A program made the position numbers and the translations under genes. A stretch of DNA of 64,000 bases, from contig OZ251224.1 in assembly GCA_965240325.2 (NCBI GenBank), positions 4,278,001 through 4,342,000 on the forward strand, in the 5' to 3' direction. Each line of letters starts with the position of its first letter. The stretch's first letter is position 1. This DNA is from Rebecca billardiae RCC1528. Its lineage: Eukaryota > Protista > Haptophyta. Positions 1 to 13,014 of the stretch are shown one piece after another. A model generated the notes under the pieces. The model saw only the letters and a program-made list of their open reading frames with translations, had not been told where the DNA came from and did not search any database.

Positions 1-207
1 TGACCTCCTTATCCCAGATCTGCAACGGCTTGCTCCTGCGCGCGCCGGGCACGCGGCACGGCCCGGCGACGTGGTGAGCACTCGCAGCGCGCACGAGCCA
101 CTGCGCTGCCGCTGACCCGCGCTCCCATGCGCGCGCGCGCGTGTGTGCACGCACCCGATACTGTAGAGGATGCTCAAGAACCCCGATTGGAATGTGTTCT
201 TAAACAT
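1..207 (-). CDS. CFAP20: Cilia- and flagella-associated protein 20 (BUG22), 5' part; gene continues off the window start
   Basis: Not in the ORF track. Exon 207-155 (MFKNTFQSGFLSILYSIG), GT-AG intron 154-36, exon 35-1 (SKPLQIWDKEV). This matches the highly conserved CFAP20 N-terminus. Confidence 0.93.
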   Translation of the reverse strand, partial: MFKNTFQSGFLSILYSIGCVHTRARAHGSAGQRQRSGSCALRVLTTSPGRAACPARAGASRCRSGIRRS

Positions 208-620
208 TGTGCGCCTGCAGAGCGCGCGGTTGCCGCAAGGGGTACGGGGGCACGGAGCGCGTGACGACGCGGCGCGTGTGACGGCAGCAAGCCTTGCGCG
301 CCGCACACGCACACGCGCCAGCGCCTGCTGCCGCTCCGCCGCACAGGCCGCGTGCGACGGAGCGGTGCCGCATGCGCTCTCGGCTCACATGCCACGCCGG
401 CGTCGGGCACGCGCGCCGCGCGAGCGTCGCCGCGCGCACAATGCGCGCTCCCCGGCGAGCTCGCTTTGAAGCTCCGCCTTGGAGTCAGCCACCCTGCGCT
501 AAGCTCTGTGCTGGTGACAACAGCTGGCCCAAGAAACGGTGACGTCCGGGCGCCGAGTCCGGATGCACGACACCCGCGCCTCATCGAGTCGCGACCACCA
601 TCGCGGTCTCGGCGCGGCAA

Positions 621-940
621 ATGTCGATGCTCAGGGCGAACCTGCAATCGTTCCTCCTCGGCGCCGTGGGCTCGTTCGGCGCCGGCTACTACTTCCTCCA
701 CCAGGACATCTGGCGCTCGGCCGATCTCCTCGGCGAGAGCCTCGGCTCCATGATCACCGAGGCGCGCGGGAAGAGCGCAGCGCTCGAGAAGCGCGTGGCC
801 AAGCTGGAGGCGGAGGTGGCTGCGCTCAAGGTGCGCGCCAGCGCACGCGCCGAGGGCGCGGTGTGGCGTGCCCCACGCGCTCATGCTCCGACCGCTCCCT
901 CTGTGGCGCCCCCCTTCCGCGGCGGCAGGCAAAGCGCTGA
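621..940 (+). CDS. Small single-pass membrane/coiled-coil protein (~73 aa), function unknown
   Basis: MSMLRANLQSFLLGAVGSFGAGYYFLHQDIW...ALEKRVAKLEAEVAALK, GT-AG intron 831-928, then AKR-stop. Coding-like codon usage; divergent from CFAP20. Confidence 0.7.
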
Positions 941-2098
941 CGGCCCCAGCTCGGCGTCCGCACGCCCGCGCGCGAGACGGTGGGCTCACTAGTGTCCGAT
1001 GCTGCGCGCTCGCACTGGACAAGCGGCACGCGGCCTCGGCGCACCTTCCTCAGCTGGGCAGTGGGGTCGGAGGTTGCCGATGCACACGCCTGCCGTGGTT
1101 CGCAAGCTTGCGTTCGCGCCTCCATCGCGCGGGGCGAGGCGCAACGCTGCGTGCGCGTGACACGCAGGCACTATCATAGGCACTCACTATCATGTAGGCA
1201 GCCTCCGGCGCGCCCGCGCCGGCACTGTCCTGACCTGGCACCCGGCAGCCGCGGCAGCCTGACCAAACACCCGGGCGAACTACTGCCGTCAGCGTGAGTA
1301 TTTAATATTTTAAAATTTATTATATTTTATAATAGCATTGTCAGTGCAGGCAGCAAATGCACTGCTGCCCGAGGCGAGTTCCGACTTTAGACTCAGTAAT
1401 TAATTCATCCGGCGTGCCCGCAGTATCGCCAGTCAGCATCGGTAAAGTAAACGTATATGAGGCGTATTTACTCATTACTCTATATATATATAGCTAGCGC
1501 CGTCAGCATCATTCATCACGCGCGGTGTCGGTGACCGCGAATTTCAATTTGACTGGCGGCACCATCACTCCGTGACTCGACTCAGACTGAACGGCGACTG
1601 ACTCGGCAGACGGTCGTCGCACCGGTTGCCGATTGACATCGGTCATTCCGAATGCCCATCATCGTCGCGACTGCGACATCACTCATCAGCAGTCATCACT
1701 CACATCAGCGCCAGACAGTGTCAGTGACGGACCGCTCCGCATCGCAGGCCATCGGCGTCTATAGACTAATTCTATGATTTAAAGACACAGGCACGAGGGC
1801 GCAGCTCTCCTGATTCGTCTGTCGAAGTACTGATTGGAGACAGAGGGTGTTGAGCGCGTTGGCCGCGGGTGAGGACCTAGTCGTCGCCGATGCTGATCAC
1901 ACGGAGGCAGTAGGTGCCCAGGGATGCCGCTGAAGTATTTGCAGTCGTCGCCGGCCTTGGTCATCATGTACTTGTACGCGTCGACGTTCCGAGGCCGTGT
2001 TCGAGTTGCGGATGCCGTGGTGCAGATAGTGGATGGGGTCGCCCTGGCCGGTGTGCGCGGCCTTGGTCTTGCCGAGTTGCGGAAGTAGTCGCCGCCTT

Positions 2099-2181
2099 GC
2101 CGTTGAGGAAGTCGTCGCCCTGGCCGTTGAGGAAGTCGTCGCCCTGGCCGTTGAGGAAGTCGTCGCCCTGGCCGCTGAGGA
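2099..2181. repeat. 24-bp tandem repeat, ~3.4 copies (gccgttgaggaagtcgtcgccctg)
   Basis: Units at 2099, 2123 and 2147, plus a partial unit at 2171. Confidence 0.9.
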
Positions 2182-2851
2182 TGCCTGCGCTGCCCCACCG
2201 GGCACGTCTGGCGCGCCAGCGCCGCGCGCGGCTCTACGCCAGCGACGGCGGCACGCCGGCACGGCGGCAGCCGGATCACGGGGGGCAGCTGCAGCGGCGC
2301 CGGGGCCTGTCGTGTTCGGCACGCGCAGGCTGTTGGCCAGGCGGTCGTAGGTGTATAAGCCGCCGGCGGCCGTCTTAGATAATATATATATATATATAAT
2401 GACTACAATTTACTATATATATATATATATATTATCAGATTCTTCAGAACCGTCATCACGCGTCGCCCGAAATCTGAATGTTGTCACTGTCACCCAATGA
2501 GCGCACCAATAGCGACGCCACCGGCCGTCCGGCCCCGCCCGCCGCCGGCCCGACACAGTCTGCGCTGGCGCTGGGGCGCGCGCAGGCCAAGCTCCAACAT
2601 TGCTGCCATCCGCCGACGCTGGCAGCCGCAGCGGGCGGAGGGTCGTCGGGGGCCAGGCGGCGGCCTGGGCGGACGCCACGAGACGAGAGCCACTTCTCGC
2701 CTCGCGCGCGCCGTGCGCCGCGGCGCTGCCGCGCTGGCTGGCCGCAGCGACCAGTGCCCGCGTGGCGCGGCAGTGTGAGCCTCTGCGCTCTACTGAGGTG
2801 CAGCCGGTCTGTCGCGGCAGCAGCCAAGCGGCGGGCAGCCGGCCGGCCCGC

Positions 2852-3922
<1,071 letters not shown>

Positions 3923-4050
3923 GGTCCTCGCGCCCCCTCCGCGGCGCCAAGAGCAGGGCCTCCGACTTCCGCTCCCACCAGGGCGAGGGCGGCGGCAGCG
4001 CGGATGTTGGGCAAGCGGGCGCCTGGACCGCGTACAGCAAGCATTTCAGC

Positions 4051-5709
4051 ATGGCGCCCGCTCCCCGCGCATCGCTCGTCGCGCTGCTGCTCGCGTCGGC
4101 AGCGCTGGCGGCGTGCGGCCACGCCTCGCGCCGCGCGCCGCGCGTCGCCGCTCGGGCCGCGCCGAGGATGGAGGCGCCCCGGCCCACCGAGGCCGCGCGC
4201 GCGCTCGTCGAGCAGATCAGCGCGGCGCCTGACGACGGCAAGGCGTGGATGAAGCTGGCGACGCTCGCGCGGCGCGCGCGCGACCTGCGCACAGCGGAGC
4301 GCGTGCTCGTCGCGGCCGTGCGCGTCCAGCCCGCCAACGCGCTCCTCTTCCAGGCGCTCGCCGACACGCTGCGCGAGGCCGGCCGGTACGCGGCCGCGCG
4401 CGCGGTGTACCGCAAGACGCTCGCGCTCAACTCGAGCCTGGGCAGCGCGTACCACGCGTGGGGGCGGATGGAGGCGGCGCTCGGGAGCGCGGAGACGGCG
4501 CGTCAGATCTACGAGCGCGGCCTCGCGCGTGGCCTCCCGCAGCCCAACCCGCGCCTCTCCCACGCGCTGGGCGTGCTGCTGGACGGCACGCTGCGGCAGA
4601 CGGACGATGCGCGCCAGCTCCTGCGCGCCGCGCTCGCGCATGAGCCCGAGAACGAGCAGCTGCTGCACGCGCTCGGGCTGCTCGAGGCGAACGCGGGGCA
4701 CACGGGCGCGGCGCGCGCGCACCTGCGCGCCGCGATCGCCGCGGCGGAGAAGCGCGAGCGGCCGCCGTCGGCGCAGCCGGCGCCGTCGGCAGCGCGGCGC
4801 AACGCGACGGGTGCGGCCGCGGCCGGCGCGGCGGACGACGGCGGCGCGGCCGCGCGGCGCTCGGCGCCGGCGGCGCCGTTCTGGCAGGCCGAGCACGCGC
4901 TCGCGCGGCTCGAGGCCCAGCTGGGCCACGCGGACGAGGCGCGCGCCCTGTGCGCGCGCGCTCTCCACCGCACGGGCGGCTGCGTGCAGCTCTGGCAGTT
5001 CCTCGCGCACCTGGAGGAGACACAGGGAGACGCGATCGCAGCGAGGCGCGTGTACACGCGCGCGACGCGGCAGCACGCGCGCGACGTGACGCTGTGGGTG
5101 CACTGGGCGCGGATGGAGGAGCGCGCCGCCGAGCTCGACGCGGCGCGCGAGCTGTACGCCCGCGCGATCCGCGCGCAGCCCGGCGGCGCCGAGCCGTACA
5201 CGCGGCTCGGCGCGCTGCTGCTTCGGATGCGCACGGGCGACGCGGCGCAGGACCGCGCGCTCGGCGTGGGGCACGAGGCGGCGCGGCGCGTGTTCGCCGA
5301 GGGCGTGCAGGCGTGCACGCGCGCGAGCGCGGCCGGCGCGACGAGCACCGCCAACGCGCGCCGCCTCGCGCGCCTCCTCCACGCGTGGGCCGTCTTCGAG
5401 TGGAAGCACGGCGACGCGGTGCAGGCGCGTACGCTCTTTGCGCGCGCGACCGCCGTCTCGCCGCGCGAGGGGCTGGGCTGGCTGCTGCAGTGGTACGCGC
5501 GCTTCGAGGCGGACATGGGCGCGACCGTGGTCGCGCGCCACCTGCTCGCGCGCGCGGTGAACGCCGACCGCTTCGACGGCTCGACCTGGCGCTTCTGGGC
5601 CGAGCTGGAGGAGGCCGCCGGCGACCGCGCGCTCGCGCTCGAGCTGATGCGGCACGCGGCGCTGCAGGACGCGACGCACACGCTGCTCTACCGCCGCCGC
5701 AGCCAGTGA
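4051..5709 (+). CDS. HAT/TPR-repeat protein, HCF107/Mbb1-like, probably plastid-targeted
   Basis: Signal peptide MAPAPRASLVALLLASAALA followed by an Arg/Ala-rich transit-like region. Repeated HAT-like units (AWGRMEAALG, LWVHWARMEE, HAWAVFEWKHG, FWAELEEAAG). Confidence 0.75.
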   Translation: MAPAPRASLVALLLASAALAACGHASRRAPRVAARAAPRMEAPRPTEAARALVEQISAAPDDGKAWMKLATLARRARDLRTAERVLVAAVRVQPANALLFQALADTLREAGRYAAARAVYRKTLALNSSLGSAYHAWGRMEAALGSAETARQIYERGLARGLPQPNPRLSHALGVLLDGTLRQTDDARQLLRAALAHEPENEQLLHALGLLEANAGHTGAARAHLRAAIAAAEKRERPPSAQPAPSAARRNATGAAAAGAADDGGAAARRSAPAAPFWQAEHALARLEAQLGHADEARALCARALHRTGGCVQLWQFLAHLEETQGDAIAARRVYTRATRQHARDVTLWVHWARMEERAAELDAARELYARAIRAQPGGAEPYTRLGALLLRMRTGDAAQDRALGVGHEAARRVFAEGVQACTRASAAGATSTANARRLARLLHAWAVFEWKHGDAVQARTLFARATAVSPREGLGWLLQWYARFEADMGATVVARHLLARAVNADRFDGSTWRFWAELEEAAGDRALALELMRHAALQDATHTLLYRRRSQ

Positions 5710-6102
5710 GACAGCCCTGCGGCGCGCGCCGGAGGCGGCTCGCGCGGGCGCGAGCGTGTGCTGCTGACGCGGCGAAGGTGACTACGGCCCGGAAGACTGC
5801 GCGCGACCGCCTAGTTCAGCGGCATGCAGTCATATATATATATATATATATATATCATATCAGGAGTTACCATCGTCATCATATAATATACTATATATAT
5901 ATATATATAGTATATTATATATATATTATAAATCATCGGCCCAGCACTTTTTATTTTGTGTTTGTTTTGCACTGACAAGCGGTTCGGACCGGGGCCCGCC
6001 GGCACCAGTCGTCACCGGAGAGAGAGACTAGAGAGTGTGTCAGGGAGTAGAGAGAGCGAGATCATGACGCGATAGAGTAGAGAGAGAGCTCTAGAGAGAG
6101 AG

Positions 6103-6231
<129 letters not shown>

Positions 6232-7067
6232 TACATATGATGATCATATCGTCATCCGGTCTGCTGCGCGCCAGCTAACGCAGAGTACGTCTTATTAGTG
6301 CTGATGGAATAAGTCCAAAGTCTGCTGCCACGACGACTTGCAGTCGTGAGGCCGGCCGAATCAGTGATTTACTGTGATAGTCCTGTGTGACGGTGTGTCG
6401 TCAGTGTGGGCTGCGGCCAATCGGCTTATAGTTATAGAGTTAGAGAGTATGACAGCTAGTCTAATATCGGTCGACCGGTCGTCGTCAACTCGGCGTCACA
6501 GTTACTTGCACTGCCTTATCATCCGACCCATTACTGACTGCTGGCGGTGTCGTCAGAGTCGTGTACCGAATGCCCGTGCAGGCCTGCTGTCCGAAGTATT
6601 ATAAGTAAGACTACGTAAGGGGCCACCGGGGAGGGCGGGGCTGCTGGTCAGATAGTGTCAGACAGACACGCCGCCGCCGCGCGCGGCGCCTGAGGGTCCA
6701 CGTGGCAGTGACTGGAGACTGAGAGTCACGAGTCACCTGAGTGCTTAGAGTGGCCGCCGAGTGATCAGCCGTAGTCGGCATCGCGGCAGCCCGATCGTCA
6801 AGTCTGAAGTCCCGAGTCCGCCGCAGGCGTCGGCGAGCCCTGCGCGGCCCGGGTCCGGCCTTCGGGCCGCTTATCCGCGCGGATGCGGCACGGGCCACCG
6901 AGTCACGCGCGGTCGACGACGTTCGATTCTCACATTGACGTGTGGATTGTTGATTATGCCATTCACGATTCAGGTACAACCGCCACTCGACGTTGAGATT
7001 ATGACTCAGACTCCGCAGGCCCGGCTCGGGAGAGGTAGGCCCCCTCAGCTGCTGCTGAAAGCAGTCG

Positions 7068-7340
7068 CTACTCACATCCTGGCAAGGGCACGAATCGTAC
7101 GGATGAGTTGGACGCCGTCTTTGCTTCCTTTTTGAAGGACCCGATGCCGCGTGATGTGGCCGCTAGTTTGTCCTTGTGGAACATCAGCTTCCGCCGGTTC
7201 CGGCTCTGGCGCGACTCGCGCTCCGACTCGTCCTCCCCGGCCGGAGGGAACTCAAACATGGCGCCAATGTTGCTCGCGACGAACTCGTCGTACGCCGCCT
7301 TGTCCATCGCATCCATTGAGCCTGCGTCTTGCGCCGGCAT
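7068..7340 (-). CDS. Possible short hypothetical ORF or first exon/relic
   Basis: 90-aa ORF (MPAQDAGSMDAMDKAAYDEFVASNIGAMFEFP...) with coding-like composition, divergent from the KDEL gene. No family recognised. Confidence 0.3.
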   Translation of the reverse strand: MPAQDAGSMDAMDKAAYDEFVASNIGAMFEFPPAGEDESERESRQSRNRRKLMFHKDKLAATSRGIGSFKKEAKTASNSSVRFVPLPGCE

Positions 7341-7638
7341 GTTGTTCTCGCTCGGGTGCGCGCTGCGCGCGAGGTGTTGACGACCGACTGCTCGTGGACG
7401 GCGCAGTGTTCCGCTTGCCGTCCGTTGCGGCCCTGCGCCCTGGCCAGCTGGCCTTTTCGAGGCAGGGCGTGACTTTTCCTCTCGCCTGCTTTATCCGGAC
7501 CGGGCTAGATGGTCCTTTCAACTCCTGTGCCAGGGCCCGGGAGCCGCTCCGCTGGGGTAGGCACCGTCCCGCGACCAACGGACTGCTCCAGTGCACGGCC
7601 GCCACGGCGCCGCCGAGGCCGGGGCACGGGCCACAGCA

Positions 7639-9663
7639 ATGGGCCCAGCAAGATGGTGGTGGAGCGCGCTCCTCGCGAGTACAGCCTTTGCCGCCGCGAG
7701 CCCGGAGAGCGCTGCGCCCTGGTGGTACCCCACTGACCGCGTGAACCTCACGGATGCCGTCCATGACGACGTGGAGGACGGCAAGCGCCGCTTCATGGTC
7801 TCCACGCGGCTGCTGCAGGCGGCTCGGAAGCCCGGCCATGGCGATCTGGCCGCGGGCTCGAGCGCGCAGATGGGGTTCGTCTTCGGCGCGGCGCACTTCC
7901 GGCTGTGCGAGGACCAGGCGCGCATGTGTCGCATGGGCACCGTGGACTCGCTCGCCATCATGACGCAGGCCTTTGGCGGCGTGGAGGGCAAGTGCACCGC
8001 CAAGGGGCTGCACATCGCGGCGAGGCGGTACCTCGCGCGGAGCGACATCGATCCGGACGAGCGCGCGTACATGCAGCACGCGCTCAACGTCGGCGCCGAC
8101 TTCATGCGGAAGCACGAGGTCACCGCCGACACCCCGCTCAACCCGCACAGCTGCACGCCCGAGGGCGAGCTCGCGCTCACGAACAACTGCGTCGAGTCTC
8201 TGCAGGAGCGCTTCCTGCCGCAGCGCGAGCTCTTCTCACGGCTGCGCGCGCGCAGCCCGGGCGCGCTCGCGCTGCGCGAGACGGATCGGTTCGACCTCGC
8301 GTTCGCCGAGCCGAGCGCCGCGTGGGGCAAGATGGGCTTCGACTACGCCGCCGACCGCGGCGTGCACCTGCTCTCCGCGAAGCTCGACGCGGCGGCCAAC
8401 GCCGCGCTCGCGCTCGAGCACGAGCCGACGCGCGACGTGCTCGAGGTGGCGCACTCGTGCCTGCCCGTGGACGGCGGCGTGGCGCGCTCGCGGCGCGCGG
8501 CGAGCGGGCCGCCCGACGGCTTCTTCTGCGCGTGGCGCCGGCAGCACGACCTCAACCCCGCCGGCGTCGAGGTGTACACCGGCTGGCTCGACGGCGACTT
8601 CCGGCCCGCCTCCGAGCCCGTGCGCCTCACGCCGGGCGACGACCCTCGGCTCTTCACGCACGGCGGCCGGGTGCTCGCGGTGTACAACGACGCGTGGGTG
8701 GGCGACCCGGCGGGCGAGCTCACCGCCGCGTACCCCGCGCACAACACCCGCGTCAGACCGCGCGTGGGCGGGCCGGTCGCCACCATCTGCGTGTGGCTCG
8801 CCGCGTTCCGCGTGCCCGCGGACGAGGGCGCGCTCGGCGCCGAGGGCGGCGCGGCCGCGCTGCGCGCGCTCGGCCCGCGCGTCATGTCCGGGCGCGCGCA
8901 GCTCGTGCCGCCGCCCGAGGTGCGCGCGCCGGCGTCGTTCGCCGAGTCGGACGGCCCCTTCCCCTTCGGCAAGAACTGGATCCCCTTCAGCCACGGCGGC
9001 GACCTCCACTTCATCTACTCGCTGTCGCCGCTGCTGCTGCTGCGGTGCGACGACCTCAGCCCGCTGGCGCTCGACCCGATGCTCGAGCCCGCGGGCGCGA
9101 TCGACCCGGAGGCGTACAGCTTCGACGCGGCGAAGGGCCGGGGTGCCGGCGGCAGGCCGACGCGCGTGATTGAGTGCGGCTGGTCCCCGCTGCAGCCCGA
9201 CCGCGCGTCGCTCGACCCGCGCGCGATGGGCGGGCTGCGCGGCTCAACACCCGCGCACGTGCTGCCCGGCGGGTATGTCTTTGGGCTCGGCCACCTGCGC
9301 TTCAACCACATGGTGGCGACGCCGTTCGCGTTCAGGCTGGCGCTCGGCCGGCTGGACGACGAGGCGGACGACGCGCGCGGCCTCGAAATCGCGTTCCCGG
9401 ACCCGGACGCCTTCGCCGCGCCCGTCGCGTGGAAGGGCTCGTCCCTGCCGGCGCGCGAGGCCAACCCAGTCAACCTCTTCTTCGAGGCGGACGGCACGGC
9501 GCGGCTGCTCATCTCGCTCAAGCGCGGCACCGACTTCATGGTCGGGAGCAGCCAGGAGCACACCTTCCAGACCTCTCTTGTCAACGTGAGCACCGCGCTC
9601 GCGGCACCGCCCACGACCTCCGACGACGTGCGCGCCGGCGCCGCGGGCAAGGACGAGCTGTAG
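7639..9663 (+). CDS. ER-resident (KDEL) protein with a probable five-bladed beta-propeller glycosyltransferase/glycosidase-like domain
   Basis: Signal peptide MGPARWWWSALLASTAFAAA; motifs DDPRLF, KNWIPF, FIYSLSPLLLLRC, LRGSTP, GLGH; ends GKDEL; intronless. Confidence 0.7.
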   Translation: MGPARWWWSALLASTAFAAASPESAAPWWYPTDRVNLTDAVHDDVEDGKRRFMVSTRLLQAARKPGHGDLAAGSSAQMGFVFGAAHFRLCEDQARMCRMGTVDSLAIMTQAFGGVEGKCTAKGLHIAARRYLARSDIDPDERAYMQHALNVGADFMRKHEVTADTPLNPHSCTPEGELALTNNCVESLQERFLPQRELFSRLRARSPGALALRETDRFDLAFAEPSAAWGKMGFDYAADRGVHLLSAKLDAAANAALALEHEPTRDVLEVAHSCLPVDGGVARSRRAASGPPDGFFCAWRRQHDLNPAGVEVYTGWLDGDFRPASEPVRLTPGDDPRLFTHGGRVLAVYNDAWVGDPAGELTAAYPAHNTRVRPRVGGPVATICVWLAAFRVPADEGALGAEGGAAALRALGPRVMSGRAQLVPPPEVRAPASFAESDGPFPFGKNWIPFSHGGDLHFIYSLSPLLLLRCDDLSPLALDPMLEPAGAIDPEAYSFDAAKGRGAGGRPTRVIECGWSPLQPDRASLDPRAMGGLRGSTPAHVLPGGYVFGLGHLRFNHMVATPFAFRLALGRLDDEADDARGLEIAFPDPDAFAAPVAWKGSSLPAREANPVNLFFEADGTARLLISLKRGTDFMVGSSQEHTFQTSLVNVSTALAAPPTTSDDVRAGAAGKDEL

Positions 9664-10264
9664 CCTGCAGGCCGCGCGGGCGACCTGCTCAGACGGCGGC
9701 GGGTGGCTCCGCCCGGGCACGACGGGCGTCAGGCTGCACGCCACCGCCGCAGGCTCGGAGGAGGCCGGCGCCATGCTCTGCGCTGCTTGATGACTCGAGG
9801 AGTAAACTCTGTCTGGTACTCTCCTGCGGATTGCGCCGCCATCGTACCTCGGCGGGCACTCGCGCGAAGCGAGTGCGATGACGGAGAGTGCATTTCACTG
9901 CATATTGGCCGCATGCATCCATCGTTCGTCAGAAGGATCGCATTTCTCGATTAATATTTTTTTACCGGTCCGGAGCTCTCGAAGTTTGCCTTTGCAACGA
10001 TTCGCTACCTCGGCGATCCCAACATGATATCTCGTCGAATACAGATGCCGACATGACGGCGAGATCGCGCGCATATGCAGCTCACGAGGCCGATATGACT
10101 GCGAGATGCCGAGATGTAGATCATGCGTTGCACGGACATCGCCGAGATTGCAGATCACGACCCGGGTGGATGAATTAGGACAACCCCATTCCCGCGCAAC
10201 GTTTGCCGCTCACTCGTCGTTCGGCACTTCGCCCTGCCGCCGACCGCTCGTCGGCACAGCGGCG

Positions 10265-12834
10265 ATGGCCACCGTATCGCCGCAGACGGATGACGATGTG
10301 GAAATCCAGACGCGATCAGTGTCGGCGTCGTCGCTGACCTCCTATACACCCCTGGCGATCGCGTCGCCCGAGTTCCGCTGGGGCTCGGAGCTCGCCGAGG
10401 GCGCGCTCGAGCAGCAGTACGCCCAGTCGGTGCTGCCTCGGCTCAGGCGTCGCGTGGTGGCGGTGTGCTTGGCCGCGATCGTGATCATGGCGAGCGCCGC
10501 CGTGCACATGAGCATGGAACGCGGCAGCTTCGCAGCGCCCATGCTCGCATTCGCTGCGGTGCTCGCGGCGTGCGGGCTCGAGCTCGCGGCGGTGGCGCTC
10601 TCGCGCTCGACGCTGATGCTCGAGAGCGTGCACGTCGGTCTGGCTTGCGCAGTCATCACGCTTGGCGTGGCGGCGTTTGCGCTCAACCCTGAACGCCAGG
10701 CCATCGCGCTCGCCCGGCTCTTCCACCGTCTGGAGCTCGTCCACGCCCTCGCCGTCGTCGCCGTCCCCGTGCGCGCCCGCCTCTGCGCCGTCGTGACGAC
10801 GGCGGTGCTTGCGACGTCGACGGGGCTGTACGCGGCGTACAAGGCCAGCGCCGCGGGCGCGTTCGAGCTCGGCTACTTGGAGGAGATCTTCGGCCACCAC
10901 GTCGTCTTCACGCTCATGATGCACTCGATCAACACGTTCCTCGGCCGCTCGGCGCGCACGGGCTGGCACTACGCGCTCGCTGCGGACGGCGAGAACAAGG
11001 CGCGGCACGAGCGCGCGCAGAAGGAGCGCGAGGCGGAGCTGGCGCTGCACACCGCCGAAGCCGCGCAGCGCGCGCGCTCGCGCGTCATCCGCATGGTGAT
11101 GCACGACCTGCGCAGCCCCCTGCTCGCCATCTCGAACGTGGCCTCCCTGTTCGGCGAGCAGCTGCTGCGGCCGGGCTCGGGCGAGCGCGCCGACGAGCCA
11201 ATCGTGCAGGAGGGGATCAGCACGCTCACGGTGTGCTCGCGGATCATGCAGTCGGTGCTGTCGGACATGCTCGACCTCGAGCGCGTCACCAGCGGCCGGC
11301 TCGAGCTCGTGATGCGCCCGTTCGCCATCGGCCAGCTCGTCGAGATGGTCGGGCTCTCGCACCGCGCGCACGCCGCCGCCAAGGGCGTCACGCTGCGCAT
11401 CTTCCCGCTGCCGGATGCGCTCGCCGGCGCGGTCTTCGAGGGCGACGTGGACCGGCTGCACCAGTGCGTGAGCAACGGCGTGTCCAACGCGATCAAGTTC
11501 ACCGACAGCGGCGGCTCGATTGCGCTGCGCGCGTGGCTGGAGGACGACGCCGCCCGCGAGCGCGAGCCCGATGCCGCTGCAGGCGACGCGCCGCAGCCGT
11601 CGCGCGCGCGCGTCATCCTCTCCGTGAGTGACACGGGCGTCGGCATGTCCGAGGCTGACCTCGCGCGCGCGAACGGCGAGGAGCCGTTCTCGTCCGTGCG
11701 TCGCGGCCAGCTGCAGGGCTCGGGCGGCACGGGGCTCTCGCTCGTGATCACGCGCGCCGTGCTCGCGCAGCACGACTCGAGCCTCACGCTGCGCAGCGCG
11801 GGCCCGGGGCGCGGCAGCACGTTCCTCGCAAAGCTGCGGCTGCGCCGGCTGTCTGCCGAGCCCGACACGGCGCACTGGGGGCACGCGCTTGCTGCGGTTG
11901 AGCCTGGCGGGGAGCTCGCGCGCACGCAGCCCCCGCTGCACGAGAGGCAGCCGCATCCGAGCCTGGACTTCGCGGCGAAGGCCGAGCGGGGCGTCACGGC
12001 AGGACTGCCGCTGCCCCGGCCTGAGCCGAGACTCAGCGGCTCCTCAGACCTCGCGCTGGTCGCCGCAGAGACGAGCGCCAGGCTCGCCCGGGCACGAGGG
12101 AGCAGCTCGCCCGCGACGGTGCCCAGCAGCATCAGCGGTCACGTGCGCCGCCCTCGCTCGTCCAAGCCGGACTTCTCCCCTGCTTTCAGAGTGCTGCACG
12201 TCGAGGTGCGGGCGCGCGCCCTGCTGCCTGCCCCCAGTGCACGCTCGGGCGGCGCCGCGCGGCGCCAGAGCAGCAGCGGCCGATGGGCTCACCCGCACCG
12301 CTGGCGATGCGGCCCTGCCCGTGCGCGCGCGCGCCCGTGCCGCACGCAGGACGACGCTCTTCTTCGGCGCACGATCGAGCTGAAGATCTTCAAGAAGCTC
12401 GGCGTCGCGTACGTGGCCGCGGACAACGGGCAGCAGGCGCTCGACGCGATCCTGACCCGGGGCGAGCACTTCTCTCTCGTGCTGGTGGACAACCAGATGC
12501 CCGTGTGCACGGGCACGGAGGCGACGCGCGCGCTGCGCGAGGCAGGGTATGCGGGCGACATCATCGGGCTCACAGGTGCGCGACGCGCACGCGCGCGCAT
12601 GAGGGTGCCAGCAAGCGCCGTGGATGCCTGCGCACGCGCGCGCAACTCGTTCTAACGCGCACCGCGCGCATGCACGCCGCTGACCGCGCTGCAGGCGACC
12701 CGAGTGGGTGCGACGAGCGCACTGTGTTCGAGAGTTGTGGGCTGACCGCGTGCTACGACAAGGACGCAGCCGGCATGCGCAAGGTGGCAGAGCACATCAT
12801 CACGCGCTTTCGCAAATCCACCGGTGACGAATAA
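10265..12834 (+). CDS. Membrane-bound hybrid histidine kinase (TM region - HisKA - HATPase - receiver), 3 exons
   Basis: H box MHDLRSPL, N box NAIKFT, G1 DTGVGM, G2 GGTGLSL. Receiver VLHVE|DD...VLVDNQMP...IGLTG is rebuilt across introns 12206-12349 and 12576-12694. Confidence 0.9.
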
Positions 12835-12941
12835 GCATTGCTGATGAAGGCAGCGGTGGCCGTTGGCGTTGCCCGTCTTGGCGACTGGCATGACGCGACT
12901 CCGACGACGACACGGACGACGTCGACTGCTGACGAGCAGCG

Positions 12942-12946
<5 letters not shown>

Positions 12947-13009
<63 letters not shown>
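12947..13009. repeat. (TA)n microsatellite
   Basis: Direct observation. Confidence 0.95.

Positions 13010-13014
<5 letters not shown>

Noticed and set aside
2099-2181. Possible CRISPR array
   Set aside because: Head-to-tail repeats with no spacers, no cas genes and a eukaryotic context.
7160-7200. RRKLMFHKDK as a J-domain HPD motif
   Set aside because: It lacks the Pro of HPD and the flanking J-domain helices.
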